64,000 bases of DNA from an uncultured Gammaproteobacteria bacterium (GCA_964537315.1 CAZIAP010000001.1:314888-378887), one strand, 5' to 3'. Shown: positions 49,011 through 58,796, counted from the first letter of the stretch. Numbers and translations are program-made. The notes: generated by a model from the letters alone, not told the origin.

Positions 49011-49886
49011 TTATTTTTTTGTTATTTTATTGACTTCGTATCCAAATGTCCAAGTTGCTTCAGGTGAGTATTCCTGAAAAACACTTACCAACTCAAGCCA
49101 AGGATGCTTAGGGTAAAACTCGTGTTCTGGATCACTATGTTCAGGTCTCCAGGGAGTAGATCTTTTCTCAATTCGCAGCAATGAACCTGATGTATTAATT
49201 TTTTGATATTGAATCATCGGATTTTCCTCACTCCAAAAACGGACAAGTCCTGAAGACGGCGGATTATAGTGGTAAAAATCGCCGGTAATATAATTACCAT
49301 CCTGAGGTGTATCAAAATCATTTAAGATATCCATAACCTGACCATCACTTTCAAGATATCTCAGGTGAGTTTTTAGTCCAAAAAAATTACCTAAAGAAAC
49401 TGATTCTATACTAGATGAGTCTTCGTGTTGTTTAACTCTAAAAGAAATCTCAGGAGAGTCTTTTGCTATATTGGCAATCACAGAAAAATGAGAACCATTT
49501 CCTTCAAAGGGATAATCTCCTACTTGGACTGTACCGTTAAACCGATCATACTCGATTTCTATTTGTTGCTCACCCTGGCTGTTAGATGAAAATTTTATAT
49601 TAGTACCTAGACTAAACATTTCTGCATTATTCATCCGGCCATTTGCTACAACCTCAGGTACTATATTGTTATATAATTCCCACTCCCCATTATCTTCATT
49701 AAAATATTTTAAATCGATGATACCCGGTAGAAATTTTGACATCTCAATCCCGATATGTTCGTTATGGAAAAAATACTTTTCAGATACTTCTCTTTCCAGT
49801 AAGTTTGAAGGCAATGCGAGACCTGCCGCGGTAAGACCGGCATATTTTAGTAAATCTCTTCTTGAAATTCTTCGTTCTAATGACAT
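49011..49886 (-). CDS. Hypothetical exported protein with twin-arginine-like signal
   Basis: MSLERRISRRDLLKYAGLTAAGLALP; upstream TTGAAT-17-TATACT (49938-49910). Confidence 0.7.
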   Translation of the reverse strand: MSLERRISRRDLLKYAGLTAAGLALPSNLLEREVSEKYFFHNEHIGIEMSKFLPGIIDLKYFNEDNGEWELYNNIVPEVVANGRMNNAEMFSLGTNIKFSSNSQGEQQIEIEYDRFNGTVQVGDYPFEGNGSHFSVIANIAKDSPEISFRVKQHEDSSSIESVSLGNFFGLKTHLRYLESDGQVMDILNDFDTPQDGNYITGDFYHYNPPSSGLVRFWSEENPMIQYQKINTSGSLLRIEKRSTPWRPEHSDPEHEFYPKHPWLELVSVFQEYSPEATWTFGYEVNKITKK

Positions 49887-50260
49887 AAAAACAAGCAATT
49901 TGACTACGTAGTATAGCGAGAATATGTTGAACATTCAAGGCAACTAGTCGTAAGTGGGGGATTAACCAATTAAAGTCTTTTTAAATAAGAGTAATTACAG
50001 GCAAGATGGGGTAATTGAAAAAATTATAATAGTTACAGAAATAGCAGTTCAATGCATAATAATATCAATAAATGCTAATACTGATGATTGAAAAAAAGAC
50101 GGTGACAAGAGGGAAATTACTCTGAACATTTAGTCAAATTGTTTGAATACTTTATTCAAAAATTGAACCAAACGCCAGAATTGTTGTAATTACCCTCACT
50201 TCACCGTCTATATCCTCCTTTAACCAAAAGTAAGGTAAGCAAAAATCAGGTAATTGTTAA

Positions 50261-50897
50261 TTACTTCTTTGGCAAGTCATCTCTTTTCCATAACATGTCC
50301 GTAGAGATTCTCCAATCTGGGACATCTCCCATCCATGCGTTTTCCGCGTTTAGTGAGTTAAAATAAATCACACCTTCAAGCAGCGGGTAGTTACCTAAGA
50401 CACCATAAGCGTCAGCAAGCCATGCTCTTTTATGCTCTGACTCTCCGGCAACTCCATTTCATGAGCAAAACGTACTGAATCATCTGTTCCTTATAACTTT
50501 TTATCACCCTAACATTTTCCCTAATAACCTCGTCGTTTAAGCCGTCCAAGGTATCTTGAATCAGGTTGTCCGGGTTATTGGAAAAAGTAGTAAAGGGCTC
50601 TACTGATACGACAGGAACTCTCTGCTTACTTAATGAGGTATCGATGAACTCATACATACCCTCTGAATCTTCCCAGTCAAAATAATTAATCTCTGCATCA
50701 AGATCAGTTAAATCCAATCCTTTTGTCCAAACATCATAAACACCCAAAAACTGCCTGTCCTCAGGTAAACCTATAATAGGAGCTACCTCTTCCTGGTATT
50801 CAGTTGCTGTATCTGTAGGCTGAACATTCGGTGTGACAGTTGCCTCCATTGTTGAGATAGACTCTGAAGTTTCAGTTATCTCCGGACTGGCAAGCAA
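50261..50897 (-). pseudogene. GH26-like glycoside hydrolase pseudogene
   Basis: LGVYD..VVSVEP..DGLND, then a frameshift to VRFAHEMEL, joined out of frame to the C-terminal GVAG..WL..YPLL..VIYFN..PDWRI. No clear start or signal peptide. Confidence 0.75.
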
Positions 50898-51000
50898 TTC
50901 TGTATTCCGACTACTTTATTATGGGCTTTTTATTGATTGGTTTTCTGAGTTAATTTTTTGATATGGAGTGTATAAATAATAGGAAAATAATTTGATTCGG

Positions 51001-52122
51001 TTACATCTTTTTACTCTTTCTGGTTTTAGTTTTATTTTTAGACTTCTGAGACTGCTCAGCTCTACCCCCGAGCACACCATACATAGCACGAGTTTCGTCT
51101 GTTGTACCTGATGGGAGTGTTTCTTCAACTGCCTCGATCACAACAGCTTCAAAGTCTGGTCTGCGCTCAGCTGAACCAGTTGCCTGTTCTTGTAACTCTT
51201 GATCGGAGAGTGGCTCATTGGTAGTGTTATTTAATACCTGTTCCAGCACATCATTTTTCTTTGCCTGTTCTATTAATTGATGTGTAATCATATCTCCCCG
51301 TTTGGCTAGAATTGTGTCATTTTGGGAAACAATATTTCTAGTCACGTACTGGCCTACCACCTCTGCTTCTTTTCTCTCCTGAGCCTCCTTCTGTTCTTGG
51401 GCTATCTTACGACGGCTTTTACTCTCAACTTCGCCTGCTCTGTCTTTCACCTGCTGAACCATGTCCTGCGTCTTTTGATCATCACGAGTTTCCTCAATTC
51501 TCTCTCGAGTTTTTTGTGTCAGTTCTTGAGTTTTTTTCTTAGCAGTTTCGAGAATCGAAGGAGCTTCAGTTCGGGCTCTATTCACAGATCCTGTAACCCC
51601 TTGACCTTGTGCTTGTTTTTCAAACTCTGCGTTAACATACTCACGTACTATGATGGCGTCATCACCTACAGTTATGATGTCTTTCGTATTAAAAGTCTTT
51701 TTTCCAGAACCGACGGTTTGTAATGCCCCTTGGCTTACTTCAAATGCTTCAACCTTTCCACTTTTAGCATCAAAGATGAGATCACTAATTCTCCCAAGTT
51801 CCTCACCTTGTTCTGTAATCACTTTATCAGAGGTTAGGTAATTATCCCCTTCAGCTATACTCGCAACTTTCGCTGTTACGTCAGACGCAGTGGAAATTTT
51901 ATCTTCATTTTCAATTAAAACAGCATCTTTTCCTATACTGTGAATATCCCGTGTTAATACAATTTTTGTGTCAGAAAACCATCCACCTTCGTCTAAGACA
52001 AACCCTTCCACTTTGTTTGTCTGCGGATCATATACGACGTCCTGAATTGTTTCATCCATCTTTGTTCCCTCTTTGAGGGTAAATACCGGAAGGCCGATAA
52101 CTGTTTTTGCTTTGACTGTCAT
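51001..52122 (-). CDS. Tandem PRC-barrel domain protein with charged C-terminal region
   Basis: Two repeats: V.T..G..(M/L)...(I).D..(Y/F)D....KVE.F, I..(I/V)G.DA. Confidence 0.85.
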   Translation of the reverse strand: MTVKAKTVIGLPVFTLKEGTKMDETIQDVVYDPQTNKVEGFVLDEGGWFSDTKIVLTRDIHSIGKDAVLIENEDKISTASDVTAKVASIAEGDNYLTSDKVITEQGEELGRISDLIFDAKSGKVEAFEVSQGALQTVGSGKKTFNTKDIITVGDDAIIVREYVNAEFEKQAQGQGVTGSVNRARTEAPSILETAKKKTQELTQKTRERIEETRDDQKTQDMVQQVKDRAGEVESKSRRKIAQEQKEAQERKEAEVVGQYVTRNIVSQNDTILAKRGDMITHQLIEQAKKNDVLEQVLNNTTNEPLSDQELQEQATGSAERRPDFEAVVIEAVEETLPSGTTDETRAMYGVLGGRAEQSQKSKNKTKTRKSKKM

Positions 52123-52128
52123 ATTGTG

Positions 52129-52437
52129 TTACATCTTAGTTGTTGTAGTTTTAATATTGCTTCGATCTTTAAAAAGCAGTCGATATAAATATGAAAGAAG
52201 AAGTCCACCTATAACAGCTATCACTATCCCCTCAAGACTAAATCCACGATCTGCGATACCTAAAAAAGTTCGGGCAAGATAACCACCTATTAGCGCACCG
52301 GCAATCCCAAGAAGCATGGTCCCCAAAAGTCCTCCCCTGACGTTTCCTTTATCTATCGCTTGGATAATAATTCCTGCAATAATGCCAAAAACTCCCCAAA
52401 GAAGTAAGTTCTCTACCGATACTCCAAATATTTCCAT
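52129..52437 (-). CDS. GlsB/YeaQ/YmgE-family membrane protein
   Basis: W...GIIAG, GLLGTMLLGIAGALIGG, AVIGGLLL. Confidence 0.88.
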   Translation of the reverse strand: MEIFGVSVENLLLWGVFGIIAGIIIQAIDKGNVRGGLLGTMLLGIAGALIGGYLARTFLGIADRGFSLEGIVIAVIGGLLLSYLYRLLFKDRSNIKTTTTKM

Positions 52438-52571
52438 AGAATACGGATAGTATATCGCCCAACTTATAATAAAATATGAGCTCAGTAAGATTCATGGAAG
52501 AGTAGAAACGATTTGGCAAATTACCAAGACTGTATTTTGATACAAAGAGATATAACTGCTACAATTTATAT

Positions 52572-53072
52572 ATGCTAGCTATCCCTAAATCTTACGCCCA
52601 TGTTCACGAAAGAAGTGGAGACATTAGCGCGTTAATTCATATCTCGCCTGATGACAAACCAATAGCCAATGAAGAGGCAGTAATACATTTAGGAATTCAG
52701 GATAATAATGAAAATATATATGTGCCAAATTGTAGCTGCATCGTCACCATAATAAAAGACGGAGAAGAAGTACTTAAGTATAAAATTGTTGAAAATTTCG
52801 GAGAAGACGCAACTCTGTATAATGCTTATGTCCCACTTAAATTTCCTAGTGAAGGCGCCTACGATATAATTCTTTCAGGAACAGTTCATGATAACGATGA
52901 GCATAAAGAATTCTCTTTAAACTTCGCTACGTATGTTGAAGAAAGGCAAAAACCTGTAGAAGAAGTACAAAAAACTCAAGATAGCTTTCCTATCATTTTA
53001 GCTGGTTGTATCTTGGCAGTAATTTTGATAATACTATTTTATATAGGGTTTATACGCAAAAAAAAGAGATGA
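52572..53072 (+). CDS. Hypothetical membrane-anchored protein, His/Cys motifs (possible metal binding)
   Basis: YAHVH N-terminus, HISPDD, CSC, C-terminal TM followed by KKKR. Confidence 0.65.
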   Translation: MLAIPKSYAHVHERSGDISALIHISPDDKPIANEEAVIHLGIQDNNENIYVPNCSCIVTIIKDGEEVLKYKIVENFGEDATLYNAYVPLKFPSEGAYDIILSGTVHDNDEHKEFSLNFATYVEERQKPVEEVQKTQDSFPIILAGCILAVILIILFYIGFIRKKKR

Positions 53073-53662
53073 AAAAATTTATAAAAATCTTCACATTCAT
53101 CTTCGTACTCTTCATCTTTACTATAAATCATGCTTCTGCGCATGTAACTGTAAAACCAGAATCAGTTGTGACTGCAAAATTTCAAACATTTACTGTAAGC
53201 GTCCCTGTAGAAAAGGAAATCGGGACTGTAGAAATTAGACTGGAAATTCCTAATGGATTAAAACATGTAACTCCAAACATGAAAAATGGTTGGGAAGTCA
53301 TTAGAGAATTAGATGAAGAACAAAGTTCAGTTAAAGAACTAGTTTGGAAGGGTTACATCCCACCGGGATACCGTGAAGAGTTTAACTTCAGCGCTCAAGC
53401 TCCTGCACAAGAAGGTGAAGTCGCATGGAAAGCTTATCAAACTTATGAAGATGGTAGTGTCGTAGAATGGATTTTTGATCCGAAAACCAAGGAAGGAGAA
53501 CAAACTCCATATTCTATTACAAAAATTGTAAAAAATGCAGACCCATCAGAAATGGTCGAAGAAAGTTTACTACCTCAGGTTTCTGTTCACCATGTCTTAT
53601 TAGTAAGTTTAATAGCACTCGGACTATCCATCAGTGCACACTTTAGAAAAAGAAGAAAATAA
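53069..53662 (+). CDS. YcnI-family (DUF1775) copper-binding membrane protein
   Basis: Signal peptide then ASAHVTV.P, VPVE, GW, W, AWKAYQTYEDGSVVEW; ATGA overlap with the previous gene. Confidence 0.88.
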   Translation: MKKFIKIFTFIFVLFIFTINHASAHVTVKPESVVTAKFQTFTVSVPVEKEIGTVEIRLEIPNGLKHVTPNMKNGWEVIRELDEEQSSVKELVWKGYIPPGYREEFNFSAQAPAQEGEVAWKAYQTYEDGSVVEWIFDPKTKEGEQTPYSITKIVKNADPSEMVEESLLPQVSVHHVLLVSLIALGLSISAHFRKRRK

Positions 53663-53716
53663 AACCTCAATTTCTCGTATTTTTGTAACCTCCAACCAAT
53701 TCGCTATAATTGATTT

Positions 53717-54856
53717 ATGCTATCAATTATAAAAAAGATCCTACCGGTATTCCTTATTACTGGAGTTCTTCTAATATCATTCTTCCAGATTTAGACTTTA
53801 ACAAAAGAGAGCACAGAAGAAAAAAACAATGAAGAAATTTTAGAGGGACTAGTTTTAAGTGAGTTGAAAGCAGAAATAACTAATTTTGATAACAGAGAGT
53901 ATTTATCCCAAGATCTTCAGGTTGAGATTACATCAGGATCAATTAAGAATCGTATAGTAACGGTAGAAACTTCTTATACTCCAAAATTTAGCAATACTAA
54001 GTATAAACAAGGTGACAGACTTCTTATTGGATATATCAATGGAGGCGCTAACAACGAAAATTTTTATGTAATAAGCTATAACCGATCTACCCCCCTTTTA
54101 TTGCTTATAACGATATTTCTTGTTATTTCCGTGCTAGTTGCCAAGAAAAAAAGTATTTACTCACTTTTGGGCATGTCAATGTCAATTCTTATCCTGACAC
54201 TATTTATACTTCCAGCAATTGTTAATGGTTCAAATCCTTTAGTTGTTTCAATACTTGGAATGCTAGTTATGGTTCCTATCTTGTTTTATGTCTCTCATGG
54301 TGTAAATAAAAAAACTACCTCTGCTGTTCTAGGTACAGCAATTACGTTAACACTGACAGCGTTATTGGCTGTCATTTTTGTTAAGCTCATGCGACTTACG
54401 GGACTCACAAACGGTGAGGTAGAAACATTACTCTATCTGAAGGAAGGAAACTTTGATATGCAAGGAGTTTTGCTTGCTGGAATACTTATGGGAGCATTAG
54501 GCGTAATTGATGATGTATCTATGACTCAAGCTTCTGTAGTAGAAGAGTTTCATCGACACGAAAAGACACTATCCAGAAAAGAAATATTTCATAAAGCAAT
54601 GAATGTAGGACGCGATCATATTGCCTCTGTGATTAATACGTTAATTCTTGTATATGTGGGTGGATCACTAACCACACTACTTCTATTTACTGAGTTTCCA
54701 CGCCCAATCAAAGTACTTATGAACAGTGAAGTTGTCCTCATCCCGATTGTAATAGCATTAATTGGAAGTATTGGGTTAATACTTGCAATTCCTTCAACTA
54801 CGCTTTTAGCGATAATGATGACTAAAAGACCAAAAAGACATAAAACAGAGAATTAA
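53717..54856 (+). pseudogene. YibE/F-family membrane protein with in-frame TAG at codon 26
   Basis: ATG 53717 (TATAAT 6 nt upstream) MLSIIKKILPVFLITGVLLISFFQI*TLTKE... in the same frame as the 53864 ORF; GALGVIDD, MNVGRDHIAS.INTL..YVG motifs. Confidence 0.75.
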
Positions 54857-55077
54857 TTTTCAGAACTCTCCAACCTTCAGTAGAGGTTTCTTGATCTGTG
54901 TCCCTCAAGTGACCCAAGGTGTCCAGATACGGAAAAGTATCATTCCTGATCTTGTAAATTATTATAGACTCTTCTCTGTTGAGCTGTCAAAGCTAAATAT
55001 TTCTACTCAAACCTACTCCGTATAGGTATTTGAATTATCAATTTATTTATTGCATGCTATTTGATACAATCAGGTAA

Positions 55078-55836
55078 ATGAAACCTGATTATTCCAGACT
55101 TCTTACAAGAGAACAGATTTCAGAGATACTTAGTAAGGCATACGAAAAATCAATAGAAAATCATCAGTCAATTCCAACAATAAAAGAAATAAGAAAATTA
55201 CTTAAAGAAGAAGATTTCTTAATTGATAATGAACTAGTAACTGGTAACCAAGTAGAAAAAAGCATAACGCATCATTTTAAGCAATTAAGAGCAGACCCAA
55301 AGTATAAAAACATCAAATACGTATTCCATATAGCTTTAATTGACTTAGGAATTGCAACAGAAGATGAAATCAATAAAAAAGGACCTCGAAGAAATGAAAG
55401 AAATGGAACTGCAGCAGAATACTATGTAATGGCAGAATTATTATTTAAGGGTTATACACCATCTAAATTACTATACGATGAAGGATTAGATATTTTTGCT
55501 GTAAGGGATGGAAGAGGTTATTACATTCAAGTAAAGCATGTTTCCCTATCAAATGGTAAATTACATGTCGACTCAATTAACTTTATGGACAACTCCTCTT
55601 TCAACCCTGCATTTCTGTTTATGGTGCTTAAATACTTTAAAGGGAAGAAAGAAGTAAAAGAATTGTATATATTCACTAAAAATGATTTGTACAATTTTGT
55701 GGGAAGAACTAGAACCGCAAACTACCATTTCAAAATTTTCCAGCGTAATGGTGAAACATATCTAAAACACGATACACGTGTAGAAGAAAATATTGAAAAA
55801 TATAAAGACTCTTGGGAGGTACTAAATTTATCCTAG
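55078..55836 (+). CDS. PD-(D/E)XK nuclease-like protein with N-terminal helical domain
   Basis: G.AAEYYVMAELLFKGY....DEGLDI......YIQVK. Confidence 0.8.
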   Translation: MKPDYSRLLTREQISEILSKAYEKSIENHQSIPTIKEIRKLLKEEDFLIDNELVTGNQVEKSITHHFKQLRADPKYKNIKYVFHIALIDLGIATEDEINKKGPRRNERNGTAAEYYVMAELLFKGYTPSKLLYDEGLDIFAVRDGRGYYIQVKHVSLSNGKLHVDSINFMDNSSFNPAFLFMVLKYFKGKKEVKELYIFTKNDLYNFVGRTRTANYHFKIFQRNGETYLKHDTRVEENIEKYKDSWEVLNLS

Positions 55837-55946
55837 AAATGTGTTGAGCTAGCTAATCACTATTGACTCTCTTTCTATGTTTAACTATCCACTTAATACT
55901 TTTAATAAAGATTGCTAAGTGCGGGTATTTGCATTAATACTGAATA

Positions 55947-57107
55947 TTAATCTTTGTTTTCATCATCTTCAAAAGACATTTGATTCATTATAGATTCTTT
56001 TATATCATCAATTACAATTACACCCGCTTTACCTTTTGCTTTAAAAATATCGCCATGGACTTCAATAATATTTTGAGATTTCAAACTATCTGCTACAAAA
56101 TTAATTCTTGCTTTAGTTAATTGATGTGAGATAGCTACAAATGGCTTCTTAACTGGTTTTTTATTTATTGCTACAACAGAAAATTGTGCTTTACCGTTAG
56201 AAGAAACTAGGTCAACTATCACATCAACTGTTGCATTACTTGCTTCAATAGTTTCATCATTCGCTTCATCCTCTTTTTTTTCTAAATATGTGATGAAATT
56301 ATCTGGAATGGTCATAACTTCATTGAGTTCAATCTTCTTAAATTTTTTTTGATGGTCAGATAAATTAAAGTCCAAAAAGGGATTACCGTGGCTTGTAATT
56401 GATATCTCATCAATACTTGATTCATATTTTCTTATATATTTTGCTATTCCTATACTTTCTGACAAAAAGCTTTTAATGATTCTTGAGTCAATTTCTTGCT
56501 CCATAGCTTCTTTAGCAAAAGCTTCTTCATTTGTGATTTTAATAGTTAACATTCTTTCAACTGTATCTAGATACTCCCGAATAACCTTGTTTGTAGGCGA
56601 TGGTTCTTCCCATAACATATCCGCTTGCTGTTCTGCTTTTATTGATATTGGAATTATAAAACTACCATTTTGTGTATGATTAAATTCAAAATGTTCAATC
56701 GGTACAAATTTACTCCTCCTAGATGAATAAAAAATTCTGAAACTATTTATATTCTTTTGTGGCACATTATTTGCTACTTCAAATGGTATGGCACTACCTT
56801 TATAGTTACCATTATTTACAATCCTATTAATTAATTTATAGTTATATCCTGAAAGCTGGTTATAGATTTCAATGAAATTTTCATCATTTTCTGGTAATTT
56901 AAGAGTATATAACAAAAGTTTTATATTCTTCTGTTGGTAATATTTATAATTATTCGAATTTTCTCCTTTAGGAAGTATCGTCCATAGGTCACTTTGCTCG
57001 TTAAAGACCCACTTTTCATATTCATTTGTAGATTCGATCCTACTCCAATTTGTCCTTCTAAATGCGTCCTTAAAACTACTTATCTTAATTGGTTCAGTTG
57101 TATTCAT
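55947..57107 (-). CDS. Hypothetical protein, partner of DUF4365 gene
   Basis: About 386 aa; starts 4 nt after the DUF4365 stop; HTQNGSF motif; no recognised family. Confidence 0.75.
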   Translation of the reverse strand: MNTTEPIKISSFKDAFRRTNWSRIESTNEYEKWVFNEQSDLWTILPKGENSNNYKYYQQKNIKLLLYTLKLPENDENFIEIYNQLSGYNYKLINRIVNNGNYKGSAIPFEVANNVPQKNINSFRIFYSSRRSKFVPIEHFEFNHTQNGSFIIPISIKAEQQADMLWEEPSPTNKVIREYLDTVERMLTIKITNEEAFAKEAMEQEIDSRIIKSFLSESIGIAKYIRKYESSIDEISITSHGNPFLDFNLSDHQKKFKKIELNEVMTIPDNFITYLEKKEDEANDETIEASNATVDVIVDLVSSNGKAQFSVVAINKKPVKKPFVAISHQLTKARINFVADSLKSQNIIEVHGDIFKAKGKAGVIVIDDIKESIMNQMSFEDDENKD

Positions 57108-57111
57108 ATTG

Positions 57112-57612
57112 CTAAAATAATGTTGTAATTGTATTTTCATTTAATATGTTCGTTTTAGGTATTTTAATCAACCCAGCTTCAATCCTTTGATCAACCTTGT
57201 AGTAATAGGCACATTTTTTGATCAGGATATGATCATGATTAAGTTCCACCCAAGTTTCATAAGATTCACTTTCAGGCAAACATATCAGGAATATATAAAA
57301 ATTTCCAAAACCTATTGGTTCAATAGACGATGATAAGCGGTATTCTATGTAACTATCTGTTTCTTTAATCATTGTACTGCTTGATACAGACACACTTTTT
57401 AATTGGACTTTTATTTCATGAGCTTCTGACGCGACTGATCGACCTTCTCCAACCACTTTATTCATTATTGCGTAATCAACTCCCAATTCGTCAAGTTCTC
57501 TTACTGATGGATTTATTGTGTAGTTAACTTTTGCGACTAGTGCATATAGATATGCTGTGGATGTTTTTTCTTTTATTCTATTAAGAATATTTGTAACAGG
57601 AACATTATTCAT
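57112..57612 (-). CDS. DUF4365-like PD-(D/E)XK nuclease-fold protein
   Basis: AYLYAL, DELGVDY, IKVQLKS, LICLP....WV, CAYY, IPKTN. Confidence 0.75.
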   Translation of the reverse strand: MNNVPVTNILNRIKEKTSTAYLYALVAKVNYTINPSVRELDELGVDYAIMNKVVGEGRSVASEAHEIKVQLKSVSVSSSTMIKETDSYIEYRLSSSIEPIGFGNFYIFLICLPESESYETWVELNHDHILIKKCAYYYKVDQRIEAGLIKIPKTNILNENTITTLF

Positions 57613-58054
57613 TGAGTAGCATTATAACAGAAGATTATCTTATTTATACCATATATACAAATAAATAATAAATGAAACTACTGATTATTATTTTCGTATC
57701 AAATTGCATATTAAAACTACTACAAAAATATTCAAATCGATCAGTAACTACTGAAGAAATGACAAATTAATCAAAGGAGGAATAATTGACGAATCTCTTG
57801 TAATCGACGATTTAATCCAAGAAAAACGAATTACTAAAATAGGAATTACCAAAAGTACTACAAGGAAATAACTACTTTATCGTTAATTCACGCTATGAAA
57901 TAATATCCTTATTTGTAGGAAAAACAGCCACACAAAACTTGACACTTTTTAACAAATTTTGAGGCTAATATTTAGAAAGACTGTTAATGTCCTATTCCCA
58001 TATAACCCCACAAAACACTACATTTTTGCTTTATTCATTTGTTATAATTCTTCA

Positions 58055-58143
58055 GATATCTAGAACACCAGGATTAGGGGTCTGGGGCTTAGAAGGTTAA
58101 TACCTGACGCCGATAGAGGGATTCCCCGTCCTCTCTAGATATC
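58055..58143 (+). ncRNA. Candidate small structured RNA
   Basis: TG-n-TATAAT at 58040-58048; 10-bp closing stem gatatctaga/tctagatatc; internal hairpins; GC-rich within AT-rich flanks. Confidence 0.35.
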
Positions 58144-58224
58144 AAATTGTATATCTATTTTCTTCTATTTTTATGAAACCCACTCTTCGGTAAACCCAGG
58201 ATAAACGGGAATGGTTCGACAAGG

Positions 58225-58527
58225 TCATAGGTTTTTATACTGTAAATTTTCTAATGTTTTCTTTAATGCTTGTTTGATATGATCACGACCGAAGCCACTT
58301 TTCAAAAATTTTTCTCTAGCTTTTGCATCACGCTGGTCAGTAAATGACTCGTAGAAAATTAACTTTAACGGTCTGCGGTGCTTTGTAGCACTGACATACC
58401 CCTTTTCATGTTCAATTATTCTTTGATTTAAATTAGTGGTATAGCCTGTATATAACTTGTGATCACGCAGACTAAAGAGAATATATACGTAAAAATTAGA
58501 AGATAAAACGTCTGACGTTTTATTCAT
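58225..58527 (-). CDS. Stand-alone GIY-YIG endonuclease
   Basis: FYVYIL.S....LYTGYT.NL..R..EH......TK.RRP..L..YE......A..REKFLKSG. Confidence 0.92.
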   Translation of the reverse strand: MNKTSDVLSSNFYVYILFSLRDHKLYTGYTTNLNQRIIEHEKGYVSATKHRRPLKLIFYESFTDQRDAKAREKFLKSGFGRDHIKQALKKTLENLQYKNL

Positions 58528-58556
58528 TAATAATATAAAATGGGAGAAGAGTAATC

Positions 58557-58615
58557 GAGTCAAACTCGATTCACCTTCATCAAACTCTACTCCGGGCGGA
58601 GCCGAGTTTGACTCG
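58557..58615. repeat. 13-bp inverted repeat between tRNA 3' end and GIY-YIG gene
   Basis: cgagtcaaactcg ... cgagtttgactcg. Confidence 0.75.
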
Positions 58616-58616
58616 G

Positions 58617-58689
58617 TGACCCCACGGGAATTCGAATCCCGGTTTCTGGGATGAGAACCCAGTGTCCTAGGCCTCTAGACGATGGGGCC
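58617..58689 (-). tRNA. tRNA-Glu (CTC)
   Basis: GGCCCCATCGTCTAGAGGCCTAGGACACTGGGTT-CTC-ATCCCAGAAACCGGGATTCGAATTCCCGTGGGGTCA; full cloverleaf; followed by CCG, so CCA is not encoded. Confidence 0.96.
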
Positions 58690-58763
58690 GTCAAAAAACT
58701 CTAATATACAAAAGGATTAGAACTTAGAGGTACGAGAATTATATCAAATTCAAATCTTAAATC

Positions 58764-58796
58764 AAAAAAAGATCTGCGCCGGAGGAGCTGCAGATC
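58764..58796 (-). terminator. Intrinsic terminator
   Basis: GATCTGC-loop-GCAGATC followed by T7 on the minus strand. Confidence 0.75.

Noticed and set aside
54905-54925. att-site duplication of the tRNA-Glu 3' end bounding the nuclease island
   Set aside because: Only a 7-nt match (gtgaccc) and no integrase in the window.
58055-58143. SRP RNA or canonical tRNA
   Set aside because: Lacks the SRP helix-8 motif and the TTCRA T-loop/anticodon geometry; kept only as an unclassified sRNA candidate.
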